The position numbers and the translations under genes were made by a program. The notes below the pieces were generated by a model. It was not told the DNA's origin and did not search any database. It saw nothing but the letters and a program-made list of their open reading frames with translations. Below, piece by piece: positions 37,810-47,273 of a stretch of DNA of 64,000 nt. Source of the stretch: Thermoproteus sp. (GTDB lineage: Archaea; Thermoproteota; Thermoprotei; Thermoproteales; Thermoproteaceae); assembly GCA_049976425.1 (NCBI GenBank), contig JBMFIG010000003.1, forward strand, positions 1 through 64,000, in the 5' to 3' direction. The stretch's first letter is position 1. Each line of letters opens with the position of its first letter.

Positions 37810-37957
37810 CCGAGGCGCGTCGATAGCTAACGAGCGAGGCCGTGGACTGGGGTATGTTGGCCGCCTCGGCCCTCGTGGTCGCCTTGCCGGTGATGGTGTT
37901 GAACTCATACTGGGCAAGTTGCTTGAGGGCTTCAACATCGGCGGGTTGAGGGGCTGA
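37810..37957 (+). pseudogene. Frameshifted C-terminal relic of a MalG-type sugar ABC permease
   Basis: One frame reads LTSEAVDWGMLAASALVVALPVMVL and the adjacent frame continues ILGKLLEGFNIGGLRG*, matching the MalG C-terminal pattern W..LAA..V...LP....GL..G.VKG. Confidence 0.6.
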
Positions 37958-37958
37958 C

Positions 37959-39200
37959 GTGTTGGTCCATATCGGGATAGACGACACCGACTCCCATAGA
38001 GGGGGTTGCACGACCTACGTGGGCTACAAGCTGGCGAAGGAGATCTTGAGGAAATACGGCGATATCTTGGCCGACTACCCCCGCCTCATAAGGCTGAACC
38101 CCTACGTCCCCTTCAAGACCAGGGGCAACGCCGCGGTGGCTCTGGTCCTCGACGCGCCGGAGGGCGCCGAGGAGGATCTATGGGAGCTGGCCGTCAAGAC
38201 CGTCTCGGAGAACGCGGACGTCACGGGCAAGACGAGCCCCGGCGTCGCCATGGCGGTGGGGCAGGTGCCGGAGAGGGCTAGGCGGGTCTACAGACTCGCT
38301 CTCTCCCAGATAGTGCCGAGGAGCGTGGTGGAGAGGGTTGTCGGCGTAAGGCTTTGGGGCGGCCGCGGGACGATCGGGGCAGTGGCCGCTGTGGGGGCCG
38401 AGTTGCCCAAGTCCACCTTCGAGCTCCTGGCGTATAGGGAGGGCGAGAGGCCCGCCATAGGGCCGGGCCTTGTCGAGGCCATGGAGCTCTTGACATACCC
38501 CTTCACGTTCCACAACCTCGACGGGAGGAGGGTCCTCATAGAGCCGAGGGGGCCCGACCCCGTCCTCTACGGCGTGCGCGGCCTTTCGCCGCCCCACCTT
38601 GTCTACGCGGCGCGTTTCCTTGAGGCCAACGGCGTGAGGCCGGCGGGCTGGGTGATATACCGCACGAACCAGGCCACGGACGCCCACATAGAGCTGGGCG
38701 TGTTGCCCGATAGGCCTCTCCCCTACTCCGTGTATAGGACCAGGGCTCTGGTGCTTTGGGCCAAGAGGCATAAACGCCACGTCTTCGCCGGGCTTTCCAA
38801 CGGCCTCGTGGCGGTTGCCTATAGGCATCTTGGGAAGATCGCCGCGGCGTTGGAGAGATGCGTCGGGTGCTACGTGGAGCTGAGAGGCGGCGTCAAGCCG
38901 AGGGCCGGCGGCCTCTATCTATATATAGAGTCCATGGAGGTGATATATAGAGTCGTCAGACAGACGCCGAGATGCCCGTACTGCGGCGGCGCCTTGGAGA
39001 GCTTGGGCAGGGGGAAGGGCAGGCGGTGCGCCAAGTGCGGCACTGTGTTTAGGACGGCCGAGGTGCGCTATTTCCTATCCACGTCGGAGCGCGGGCTCTA
39101 CGTCCCGAGGCCCGGCGAGTGGCGGCACCTCTTCAAGCCGCCCGGCCTGGATCCCACGCCGGTGGATTTAGTGGGCAAGGCCGAGGGCTGGATTAGATAG
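37959..39200 (+). CDS. tiaS: tRNA(Ile2) agmatidine synthetase
   Basis: IGIDDTDS..GGCTT, P.LIRLNP.VP.KTRGN, PDPVLYGVRG, TNQATD and a C-terminal Zn ribbon. Confidence 0.93.
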   Translation: MLVHIGIDDTDSHRGGCTTYVGYKLAKEILRKYGDILADYPRLIRLNPYVPFKTRGNAAVALVLDAPEGAEEDLWELAVKTVSENADVTGKTSPGVAMAVGQVPERARRVYRLALSQIVPRSVVERVVGVRLWGGRGTIGAVAAVGAELPKSTFELLAYREGERPAIGPGLVEAMELLTYPFTFHNLDGRRVLIEPRGPDPVLYGVRGLSPPHLVYAARFLEANGVRPAGWVIYRTNQATDAHIELGVLPDRPLPYSVYRTRALVLWAKRHKRHVFAGLSNGLVAVAYRHLGKIAAALERCVGCYVELRGGVKPRAGGLYLYIESMEVIYRVVRQTPRCPYCGGALESLGRGKGRRCAKCGTVFRTAEVRYFLSTSERGLYVPRPGEWRHLFKPPGLDPTPVDLVGKAEGWIR

Positions 39201-39227
39201 TATATATAGGGCCCCGGAAGAATTCCC

Positions 39228-40043
39228 ATGGAGTTGCGTAAGGGGGTATCGCTACTTAAGGGATCTCCCAACACGTTGATAGTGGGCAGATACGTGATAG
39301 ATCCCGGCAACCCCGCCGATAGGGCCGCCGAGATCCTCAAAGCCGCCGGCGGGAGGCCGACGGTCCTTCTAACCCACCACCACGCCGACCATCTATCCGC
39401 GGTGCCGGACGGGGCCGAGGTGTACGCCCCATGGGGCGAGGAGATCCTCGTGTCCAACACCAGGGCCCGCCTCTTCTTCACCCACGGCTTTTACGTCCCC
39501 GACGCCCTATACGTCGGGCGCGACCTCGCGGTGGCCGGGCTGGTGAGGCCGGGCGATAGGGTCGAGAACATAGAGGTCGTCGATCTGAGGGGCCACACGT
39601 TCGGCCACGTCGGGTATCTCATCGAGGGGGTCCTGTACGCCGGCGACGCCATATTCGGCGACATGGTGCTCAAGAGGTACGGAGTGCCCTACCTCAACGA
39701 CGTGGATCTCTTCCTGGCGTCTCTGGACAGGATAGAGTCTCTCGAGCCGGAGACTCTTGTGATGGGCCACGGGCCTGTGGCCGGTAGCAAGAAGAGGGTG
39801 AAAGAACTCGTGGAGGTCAACAGATCGGCCGTGGAGAGGTCGGTGAAGCTCGTGGAGTCCATGTTGCCGGGGGAGCCCACCGAGATCGCCGTGAGGGTGT
39901 TGAAGGAGCTAGACGCCGAGAGGAGCTGGGAGAACGTGTTGCTGACCTCTGTCATAGTCAGGGCGGTGCTCACGAAGCTGGCGGCCGAGGGCAAGGCGCA
40001 TCCCGACGAGGAGGGGCGCTGGCGGATCGGTAATTTACGATAA
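39228..40043 (+). CDS. MBL-fold metallo-hydrolase
   Basis: THHHADH, GHT.GH, AGD and MGHG motifs. Confidence 0.88.
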   Translation: MELRKGVSLLKGSPNTLIVGRYVIDPGNPADRAAEILKAAGGRPTVLLTHHHADHLSAVPDGAEVYAPWGEEILVSNTRARLFFTHGFYVPDALYVGRDLAVAGLVRPGDRVENIEVVDLRGHTFGHVGYLIEGVLYAGDAIFGDMVLKRYGVPYLNDVDLFLASLDRIESLEPETLVMGHGPVAGSKKRVKELVEVNRSAVERSVKLVESMLPGEPTEIAVRVLKELDAERSWENVLLTSVIVRAVLTKLAAEGKAHPDEEGRWRIGNLR

Positions 40044-40104
40044 TTGACGATAAATCATTTCATCAGAAGACGAAAGAAATAAATAGTGGAGCAGTCCTAC
40101 CCCT

Positions 40105-40260
40105 ATGCAGCCCAACCCGAAGATGGCGGACGAGCTGGCCAGACTGTCGAGCGAGCTCTACGAACACGGCTACATAGAGGCCGCGCGACTGCTCGAGGAG
40201 GCCAGGAGGATCGTGCTGGAGCTCGAGCGCGAGGCCTTCCTAACGCCGGCGACCGACTAA
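40105..40260 (+). CDS. Small helical hypothetical protein, 51 aa
   Basis: Read manually: MQPNPKMADELARLSSELYEHGYIEAARLLEEARRIVLELEREAFLTPATD*. Strong native codon usage and an AT-rich promoter-like stretch upstream. Confidence 0.6.
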   Translation: MQPNPKMADELARLSSELYEHGYIEAARLLEEARRIVLELEREAFLTPATD

Positions 40261-40766
40261 CAGGGCTCCATATATTTTAGCAATTCCCTGATCTCTTTGT
40301 ATCTGCCTACCGGTATCGCTATCAGTGCTCCCTTGTAGTGGCCGTACACGACGGCCGAGTCGTCGGGGGCCAGCGCGATGAAGGCTAGGGAGAGCATGTC
40401 CTCCTCCCCGTCGACCAACAACAAGGTCCCCGGCGTCTTGACGGCGTACTCCACGGCGGCCCACGCCTCCTCCGTTATATAGCCTGGGGGATTCCTCACC
40501 CTCAAAATCCTCGGGAACGCCTCCACCGTCCTCACGTACTCGCTCCTCCTGGTCTTTAGGTCGACGGCGGCGGCGTCGGGGACGAGGCCTGCGGCGAGGA
40601 AGTTGGCGGTCACGACGTCGCCTACGGTGAAGATCCTCGCGGCGCCGAGGTCTCTGGCTATCTCAGCCGCGAGCTCCACCGACCGGGGAGGATCGCGCCA
40701 GATGGCGATCGGGTACGGGAAGGCGAAGAGATGCCTCCGGCCTTCGGGGACCTTCAGGCACCTCAC
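40257..40766 (-). CDS. DUF359 family protein (GTP-dependent dephospho-CoA kinase)
   Basis: TVGDVVT, VD.KTRR, V.NPPG.IT and VDGEEDM motifs. Confidence 0.85.
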   Translation of the reverse strand: MRCLKVPEGRRHLFAFPYPIAIWRDPPRSVELAAEIARDLGAARIFTVGDVVTANFLAAGLVPDAAAVDLKTRRSEYVRTVEAFPRILRVRNPPGYITEEAWAAVEYAVKTPGTLLLVDGEEDMLSLAFIALAPDDSAVVYGHYKGALIAIPVGRYKEIRELLKYMEPC

Positions 40767-41476
40767 AGCTCCACCGAGGCGCATGGGTAGGGCAGGTAGA
40801 CGTAGACGCCGGGGGGCACCAGAGGCGTGTTGAGGTAGTAGTGGACGGGGAGGAGGGCCTTGACGCCCGCCCTTCTGGCTATCTCCACTGCGTCGCTCGT
40901 TGTGCTGTGGCCCACGGCGTGGGCCGGCTCCTCCTGTCCCGGGTTGCCCGAGATCTCGTGTATCAAGAGGTCGCACCCCCTCGCCAGCTCGACAAGCTCG
41001 TCGCTCGGCGCTGTGTCCCCGCTATAGGCGACGCATCTCCCCCCGTGCTCCACCCTCACGTGTACGGCCTCCACCGAGTGCCTGGCCGCGGCGAGCGCGA
41101 TCCTCGTATCGCCCTCTCTGGCCTCGCCGCCCGGCGGCACCTCGACCGGCTCCATATATTGTTGCAGATGGGGCATGTTCACGGCCTCCAGTATTCTCAC
41201 GAGCGACGACATCACGGAGTCTGTGGCGACGACCTTGATCCTAGTCCCCCTCTGGCGGGCCATCAAGAGGAGGGTAGGCGCGCCCAGTATGTGGTCCCCG
41301 TGGGCGTGCGTGAGGACCAACACATCCGGGAACGGGAGGCCGCATTGGGCCAGCCTGGCGTAGGTCCCCTCGCCTGCGTCCAGGAGAATCCGCCTATCGG
41401 TCTCGACGTATATGGCCGGGTAGCCCAGCCAGGGGCTGGATATCCAGCCCCCCAGCCCCAGGACCACTACCTTCAT
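40763..41476 (-). CDS. RNase Z-like MBL-fold hydrolase
   Basis: DAGEG, THAHGDH, YSGDT, LIHE and HST motifs. Confidence 0.82.
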   Translation of the reverse strand: MKVVVLGLGGWISSPWLGYPAIYVETDRRILLDAGEGTYARLAQCGLPFPDVLVLTHAHGDHILGAPTLLLMARQRGTRIKVVATDSVMSSLVRILEAVNMPHLQQYMEPVEVPPGGEAREGDTRIALAAARHSVEAVHVRVEHGGRCVAYSGDTAPSDELVELARGCDLLIHEISGNPGQEEPAHAVGHSTTSDAVEIARRAGVKALLPVHYYLNTPLVPPGVYVYLPYPCASVEL

Positions 41477-41529
41477 GGAGATCTGGAGAGCTCCACTATT
41501 TATCGCTCAAGGACCCGCCGCGCCGCCTT

Positions 41530-41574
41530 GTATACGGATATGCGTATACGATAAGCTTATATACGGATATCTGT
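41530..41574 (+). promoter_or_regulatory. Putative vapBC operator/promoter
   Basis: TATACGGATAT at 41531 and 41560, inverted repeat GTATACG-N6-CGTATAC, overlapping a TTATATA box. Confidence 0.55.
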
Positions 41575-41583
41575 AGCTTTCTG

Positions 41584-41811
41584 ATGTCGACTACGGTGAT
41601 AAGCGTGAGGGTCAGGAAAGAGCTGAGGGAGAGGGCGAAGGAGCTCGGCATAGATATCAGGGAGGTCTTAGAGAAGGCGCTTGAGGAGGCCATAAGGAGG
41701 AGGGAAGAGGAGGAGCTGGCCAAGGCGCTTGAGGAGTTGAGAGAAGCTTTGTCGATAATAACCGAGGAGGAGTGGGTGAGGGCAGTGCGCGGCTCTAGGG
41801 ATGAGCGTTGA
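41584..41811 (+). CDS. vapB: VapB-type antitoxin
   Basis: STTVISVRV..EL...A.ELGI and W...VR.SRDER, upstream of a PIN gene. Confidence 0.85.
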   Translation: MSTTVISVRVRKELRERAKELGIDIREVLEKALEEAIRRREEEELAKALEELREALSIITEEEWVRAVRGSRDER

Positions 41812-42199
41812 GTATCTGCTCGACGCCTCTGCTCTCTACGGCTTGGCTACACACTACGACAGATGGCTGAAATATAGGGAGAGGCTCGCGATACTCCACC
41901 TGACCGTCTACGAGGTCGGCAACGCCCTATGGAAGGAGGCGAGGGCGGGGAGACTGCAGTGGCAGAAGGCCGCGAGGCCCCTCTCCCGCGTGATCTCCGG
42001 CTTGAGGGTGCTGGACGATCCTCCTCTGGAGGAGGTTCTGAGGCTGGCTGTCGAGAGGGATCTGACGTTCTACGACGCGAGCTACGCATACGTCGCGGAG
42101 ACGCTGGGCCTGTCGTTGGTGACGCAGGACGACGAGTTGTTGCGCAAGTCGCGCGCCGCGATAGACGTGGCCACGTTCCTCTCGAGACTGTCGGCGTAG
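41801..42199 (+). CDS. vapC: VapC PIN-domain toxin
   Basis: LLDASA, YEVGNA, TFYDASY and VTQD acidic residues. Confidence 0.9.
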   Translation: MSVEYLLDASALYGLATHYDRWLKYRERLAILHLTVYEVGNALWKEARAGRLQWQKAARPLSRVISGLRVLDDPPLEEVLRLAVERDLTFYDASYAYVAETLGLSLVTQDDELLRKSRAAIDVATFLSRLSA

Positions 42200-42297
42200 T
42201 TGCGGCGATCGGGCCGCCTAGGCGAGCCGCACGGCCTCCTTCCTCACGCGCGCCGCTCTCCGCTGGATTAAATCTTTTAACTGCGGCCGGGCCTAAC

Positions 42298-42354
42298 CGC
42301 GGTGATGATCCTGACCAACCGCGAGGCGTGAGCTGGCGGCAGCTGGCTGACCTC
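42298..42354 (+). ncRNA. C/D box sRNA
   Basis: GTGATGA (C, 42302)-TCCTGACCAACC-GCGA (D')-GTGAGC (degenerate C')-TGGCGGCAGCTGG-CTGA (D, 42347). TTTTAA box at 42275. Confidence 0.8.
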
Positions 42355-42356
42355 CG

Positions 42357-43361
42357 TCAGCTAACGACGTCCTCCAGCCTCCCTTTCTCCCTGGCCAGCT
42401 GGAGCTCGTGGGCTATCCTCTCCCCCATGTCCATGGGCTCGTCGAAGTAGAGGACGGAGTACTGCGACCCGACGCCCATGTAGACGTTGGTCCCCGCCAC
42501 TATCCTCCCCGAGAACTCGAAGACGACTATGGAGAGGTCGTCCCTTATTATGGACTCCAGGCTGTAGGGCCCCTTCATCTCCTCGCCGAGGACCTCGCGG
42601 ACCGCGTCGGCGAAGGCCTCTCCGTATTTCTGCACCGTGGGGAGCAACGACTCCCTCAAGACCAGAGGGAGGTTGGCCACGACGACGAAGGTCGGCTCCA
42701 CGAGGCCGAAGGTCCTCCCGTCGACGTTCGCCTCGTACCTCACGTCCATTCCGAACAGCTCCACCCTGCCGTACATGGGCGACGCGAAGAAGTGGTAGTA
42801 CGCCGGGACGCCAAAGACGTACTCCTGGATTATGTAGGGCTCCTCGACCTCCTTGAGCCTCTCGACGAGCTCTCCCCTATCCCTAGCCAGGAAGTAGCCC
42901 CTGCCGCCCTTGGCCCCGAACAGCTTCACTATGACCGGCCTATCGACCTCCTCCGGCGCGTAGCTCCTGGGTATTGGTATGCCGGCCCTCCTCAGGAGAT
43001 CCATTTTCTTGTACTGGTCGGCCTCGACCTCGATAAGGCGCCTGACGCCGAACGTGGGCACCGGCGCCTCGAGGGCCTGCCGCCACCCGACGTACTCCAC
43101 GTAGGACCCGTGGGGTATCAAGACGGCGTTGTTCTCGGCGAGCTTCTCCGCCACAGGACGGAAGTTGGAGAAGTCGGCCTCCCACACCTCGTCTATGAAC
43201 TGGAACCGCTTGTAGAACCAGGCGGAGCTGGGGCGGGCCACGGCCAAGGTCCTGAAGCCGCGCCGCTTCGCCGCCCTGAGTATCTGGAGGGCCGTGTGGG
43301 ACGCTATCGTGGCGACGGCCAGCCTATCTAGGTCGTACCTCTTAATTACCGCCTCGATCAT
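42357..43361 (-). CDS. purP: PurP family (5-formaminoimidazole-4-carboxamide ribonucleotide synthetase)
   Basis: [26 protein letters not shown] and SGRIVAGTN motifs. Confidence 0.9.
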   Translation of the reverse strand: MIEAVIKRYDLDRLAVATIASHTALQILRAAKRRGFRTLAVARPSSAWFYKRFQFIDEVWEADFSNFRPVAEKLAENNAVLIPHGSYVEYVGWRQALEAPVPTFGVRRLIEVEADQYKKMDLLRRAGIPIPRSYAPEEVDRPVIVKLFGAKGGRGYFLARDRGELVERLKEVEEPYIIQEYVFGVPAYYHFFASPMYGRVELFGMDVRYEANVDGRTFGLVEPTFVVVANLPLVLRESLLPTVQKYGEAFADAVREVLGEEMKGPYSLESIIRDDLSIVVFEFSGRIVAGTNVYMGVGSQYSVLYFDEPMDMGERIAHELQLAREKGRLEDVVS

Positions 43362-44398
43362 GTGGTGACCTCCTCGAGTTTCCTCTGCCTCACCGCCTCC
43401 TTTATCTCCACGGCTATCCTCCTCCCCATGGATATGGGCCTCCCCCAGTAGAGCTTGGAGTACTGGCCGCCCACTCCCAGATAGGCGTTGGTGCCGCCCC
43501 CTATCCTCGGCGCCACGTCGTAGACCACTAGGTCGAGCTCCGGCGTCACGACGAACTGGAGGGTGAAGGGCCCTATGACGCCTGGCTTGACCAGCCTGGC
43601 GACGGCGTCGACGAAGCGGTGCCCTATGTCGAAGACCTTCTCCAAGAGGCTCTCCCTCAAGGTCGCCGGCTCGTGGCCCACCTCTATATACCTCACGTCC
43701 GGGTCTAGGTCAAGCTGGTCCCTCGCCGGAAGCCGGTAGACGCCGTCGAGATCGCTCTGGATCCTTCTGTCGAAGCTGTGGAGCTCCAGGCGTCTGTACA
43801 TCGGAGAGTTGAAGAAGTTGGCGTTGAAGTGGGCCCCCAGCACGAGCTCCTCTATGGCGGCGCCCGAGAGGTCCTCCAGCCTTATCACCCCCCTCTCGGC
43901 GAGCCTCTTCGCCTTGCGCATCAAGTCGTCCCTATCCCTCGCCACGAAGAAGCCCCTCTCCACCCTCCTCGTAGCCTCGGGCAACTTGACCATGACCGGC
44001 CTGTCGACCTCCTCAGGCGAGGAGTACGTCCTGGGCCTCCTTATGCCCGCCTCGTCGAGGAGTCTGTAGTAGTTGTGCGGCCCCGTCCTCTCCTCCCACC
44101 TCAACAGATAGCGGTTGCCGAATATGGGGATCGGGAACTCCCTCTCTATGGCGTCGTAGCCCACGTAGACGGCGAAGGACCTATTGGGGACGAAGACCGA
44201 GCCCTTGAGCCTATGGGCCTCCCTGACGATGTCCCTATAGTCGTCGAGGACCACGAGCTCGTCGACGACAGGGAACTCCCTGTAGGCCCTTTCCCGCCCC
44301 CTCTTGGCGACGGCTATGGTCCTGAAGCCCTCGTCCTTCGCGCCGTCGAGCACATCCAAAGCGCTGTGGGAGGCCAAGACGGATATCGATACCGACAT
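43358..44398 (-). CDS. purP: PurP-like paralog
   Basis: [24 protein letters not shown] and APRIGGGTN motifs. Confidence 0.88.
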   Translation of the reverse strand: MSVSISVLASHSALDVLDGAKDEGFRTIAVAKRGRERAYREFPVVDELVVLDDYRDIVREAHRLKGSVFVPNRSFAVYVGYDAIEREFPIPIFGNRYLLRWEERTGPHNYYRLLDEAGIRRPRTYSSPEEVDRPVMVKLPEATRRVERGFFVARDRDDLMRKAKRLAERGVIRLEDLSGAAIEELVLGAHFNANFFNSPMYRRLELHSFDRRIQSDLDGVYRLPARDQLDLDPDVRYIEVGHEPATLRESLLEKVFDIGHRFVDAVARLVKPGVIGPFTLQFVVTPELDLVVYDVAPRIGGGTNAYLGVGGQYSKLYWGRPISMGRRIAVEIKEAVRQRKLEEVTT

Positions 44399-44475
44399 AC
44401 GTGCTTTAAGTTATGAATTTAAAAAATTTGCGGACTCCTAGGGAATTTCCGGCTATATATTAAGCAGATGGTTAA

Positions 44476-45825
44476 TTACCCAGCCCGCAACCTCCAGACG
44501 CTTGGAGGCACGACGCCGCTTCTCCTGGCCAGAGGTATCTCGGAGTACTTGCCCAGATCCATGACGACAACCCTCCCGTAGAGGCCCCCCAGCTCGTAGA
44601 CGTCGCCGGGCTTGCCGCCGGGGATCGGCACCAGCCTCACCCCCAGCGGCTTGTCGAGGGCCGTGGCCAGAGCCATGACGTCTGCCATAAGCGCGGCGAC
44701 GACGTCGGGCGGGGAGTCGCCCGGTATGCCGGCCATGTCTATGCCCGTGTTGCAGACAGCCGACATGGCCTTCAACGAGTCGAAGCTGAGCGCTCCCTCC
44801 TCGGCCGCCCTGGCCATCAAGGCGTCCTCGCTGACTGGTATAAAGGCGCCGCTCAAGCCGCCTATAGTCGATGTGGCCATGGCGCCTCCCTTCTTCACGG
44901 CGTCGACGAAGAGGTGGAGCGCCAAGACCGAGCCGGGCGCGCCGGCTCTCGGCAAGCCCATGGCCTCGAGTATCCCAGCCACGCTGTCGCCGACCTTGGG
45001 AGAGGGCGCCACCGAGAGGTCCACGGCCCCGAACCTCACGCCGAGCTCCCTCGCCACCTCCCTGCCCACGAGCTCGCCGAGCCGCGTCACCTTGAACGCC
45101 GCCCTCTTGATCGCGTCGTGTAGCGTCCTCAAGTCGGCGTCTTTCATGTTCCTCACGACGGCCTCTACGACCCCGGGGCCGCTCACCGCCACGTTCACCA
45201 CAGCGTCGGGCAGGCCCAAGCCGTGGTGCGCGGCCGGCATGAACGGCACGTCCTCGGGGACGTTGGCGGTCACTGCGAATCTGGCGGCGGCCTCGGGCCT
45301 CATGGAGAGCACGGCTCTGGCCGCCTCGTACACGGCGTCCATATTTATGCCCGTGGCGGTGGACGCCGCGTTGACGAACCCGCCGAGCCTCTTCGTGGAG
45401 TTCAAGGCGTCGGGCAAGGCGTCCAGCAGAGCCCGGTCGCCTCTGGATACGCCGGCGTGGACGAAGGCGGCGAATCCTCCGACCATGTCGACGCCGTAGG
45501 CCTCCGCCAGATCGTCGAGGGCCCTCGCTATCTCCACGGCGTCCTCGGCGCGGCCCAGAGGCTCCAGCATGATGCTGATCGGGCTCACGGCCAGCCTCGC
45601 CGTCACGATCCTGACGCCGAGCTTCGCCGCTATCTTGTCGACGGCCGGCCTAAAACGCTCGAGATACGGCCTCAAGAGGTCCCTCAAGGCCGATATCGCG
45701 GAGCCCACATCCCCGCGTATCGCTGGCAACGTGTTGACGCTGAGGGTCACCGCGCGTATGTCCAGCTCGCGGAAAAGCACCATCTCGAGGACCTCCCCTA
45801 TCTCCTCGGGCGAGAAGAGCCTCAT
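44476..45825 (-). CDS. DUF711 (PFL-like) family protein
   Basis: LDIR.VTL, GINMDAV, PFM..A.HG, VSGPGVV, GGLSGAFIPVSED and VC..GIDM motifs. Confidence 0.88.
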   Translation of the reverse strand: MRLFSPEEIGEVLEMVLFRELDIRAVTLSVNTLPAIRGDVGSAISALRDLLRPYLERFRPAVDKIAAKLGVRIVTARLAVSPISIMLEPLGRAEDAVEIARALDDLAEAYGVDMVGGFAAFVHAGVSRGDRALLDALPDALNSTKRLGGFVNAASTATGINMDAVYEAARAVLSMRPEAAARFAVTANVPEDVPFMPAAHHGLGLPDAVVNVAVSGPGVVEAVVRNMKDADLRTLHDAIKRAAFKVTRLGELVGREVARELGVRFGAVDLSVAPSPKVGDSVAGILEAMGLPRAGAPGSVLALHLFVDAVKKGGAMATSTIGGLSGAFIPVSEDALMARAAEEGALSFDSLKAMSAVCNTGIDMAGIPGDSPPDVVAALMADVMALATALDKPLGVRLVPIPGGKPGDVYELGGLYGRVVVMDLGKYSEIPLARRSGVVPPSVWRLRAG

Positions 45826-46094
45826 ATCCTCTGCATGTAGCGGAACACGTCTATGTGGTGGACGGCCACCATGACGCCCAGCCTCTTGCCGGCCTCTTCG
45901 AGCTCGGCGCGGAGGCCCGCGATATCCACGTCGGCCTTGGATATGTCCACCACCATTATCATGGAGAATATGTCGCGGACGACCGTCTGGGCTATGTCGA
46001 CGATGTTGGCGTTGTGCCTCGCCAGGACGTTGGCTATCCCGGCCACTATGCCGACCCTATCCGCGCCCAGCACCGAGACCACCACTAGCTCCAC
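45822..46094 (-). CDS. Stand-alone ACT domain protein (UPF0237)
   Basis: V.G.DRVGIVA.I...LA....NI.DI.QT and F.YM.RI, coupled to DUF711. Confidence 0.88.
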   Translation of the reverse strand: MELVVVSVLGADRVGIVAGIANVLARHNANIVDIAQTVVRDIFSMIMVVDISKADVDIAGLRAELEEAGKRLGVMVAVHHIDVFRYMQRI

Positions 46095-46136
46095 GGGGAC
46101 ACTATAGAGGATATATAAAGGCTAGGCGCCGGCTGG

Positions 46137-47045
46137 CTAGCGGATCAGCGGCGACAGCTTCTCCAAGATCTTCCTCAGCTCCTCTCTGTCCTTGTCGTCA
46201 ACCGGCGGCAGAGGCTCGCGCGGAGGCCCCATATCTATGCCGGTCGCTATCTGGGTCGCCAGCTTGTACAGAGTAGGCCACTTGCCGCCGAGCTTCCCCG
46301 TCAGCCCGCAACCTCCCATGAAGCGCCAGAGCTCCATAAGCCTCTTGTGTATCTCGACGACCTCGGCGATTCTCCCCTCCTTGACCATCTTGTAGAGCCG
46401 GAGCTGGAGCGGGCCTAGGAAGTTAGGGCCTCCGAGGATCCCGCCGTGTGCGCCCACCACGAGACTGGGCACGAAGAACATGTCGACTCCCTGGAGCACG
46501 GAGATCCGGCTCCCCACCAGGTATATGAGCTCCATGTGGTATCTGAAGTCGCCGGAGCTGTCCTTGACCGCCACCACCTGGCTGTACTCGGAGGACACCA
46601 GGTCGAAGACCTCGGCGGGTATGTTGTAGCCGACCGCCAGAGGTATCGTGTAGAGGACCACCGGCGTGTCCACCGCGTCGAGTACCTTCTTGTAGAAGGC
46701 GTAGATGCCGGCCCAATCGCCCTGGACGTAGTACGGCGGCGTGATCAACACGGCGTCGACCCCCACGTCCTTGTACCTCCTAGCCATCTCCACAGTGCTT
46801 ATGTGGTCGCCGGTGCCCGTCCCGGCGATCACGGGGACCTTGCCGCCCCCGACCTCGACGGCCAGCTCCGCCACCTTGACCCTCTCCTCGGGAGTCAGCT
46901 TAGTCACCTCGCCGGTCGACGAGGAGGGGAATAAGCCGTATCCCTGCGACGCGAGCCTCTCCAAGAGCGCCCTCAACGCTTGGTAGTTGACGCCGTCTTT
47001 GGTAAACGGCGTGACGGTCGCCGCTATCACTCCCTCCAGCTTCAT
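46137..47045 (-). CDS. Dihydrodipicolinate synthase-family aldolase
   Basis: TPF, SSTGE, PPYY, Y.IP and KDSSG (Schiff-base Lys) motifs. Confidence 0.88.
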   Translation of the reverse strand: MKLEGVIAATVTPFTKDGVNYQALRALLERLASQGYGLFPSSSTGEVTKLTPEERVKVAELAVEVGGGKVPVIAGTGTGDHISTVEMARRYKDVGVDAVLITPPYYVQGDWAGIYAFYKKVLDAVDTPVVLYTIPLAVGYNIPAEVFDLVSSEYSQVVAVKDSSGDFRYHMELIYLVGSRISVLQGVDMFFVPSLVVGAHGGILGGPNFLGPLQLRLYKMVKEGRIAEVVEIHKRLMELWRFMGGCGLTGKLGGKWPTLYKLATQIATGIDMGPPREPLPPVDDKDREELRKILEKLSPLIR

Positions 47046-47071
47046 GAAGAGTGCTGGGGGACGATTAATAT

Positions 47072-47245
47072 CTATTCCCGGCGGGAGACGGCCCTATAAA
47101 TGAAGGGCGCGGCGGCGCCTATGGATATGCCCAACGCGGCGAGCGCCAGCGACCTCCTGCCTGGGTATATCAGGAGTAGCAGAACGCCGAACGTGATAGA
47201 CAACGCGCTCAAGGCGTAGAGGAGCGCTCTTGTCCCCTCTGCCAT
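47072..47245 (-). CDS. Small 2-TM membrane protein, 57 aa
   Basis: Read manually: MAEGTRALLYALSALSITFGVLLLLIYPGRRSLALAALGISIGAAAPFIYRAVSRRE*. TTTAAATA box upstream. Confidence 0.65.
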   Translation of the reverse strand: MAEGTRALLYALSALSITFGVLLLLIYPGRRSLALAALGISIGAAAPFIYRAVSRRE

Positions 47246-47273
47246 AACTATTCCAGCTCATATATTTAAAAGC

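Noticed and set aside
37772-37957. 61-aa ORF, or a fluoride-riboswitch-like GGTGATGGTGTT string
   Set aside because: The riboswitch pairing and downstream motif are absent. The region is better explained as a frameshifted MalG relic.
40044-40095. TGACGA...CAGA...AGACGA pattern resembling a C/D sRNA
   Set aside because: No proper D box, and the AT-rich guides are implausible for GC-rich targets. More likely the promoter of the 40105 microprotein.
46137-47045. Calling this gene dapA or KDG aldolase
   Set aside because: The family is clear but specificity cannot be assigned. No lysine or Entner-Doudoroff genes are adjacent.
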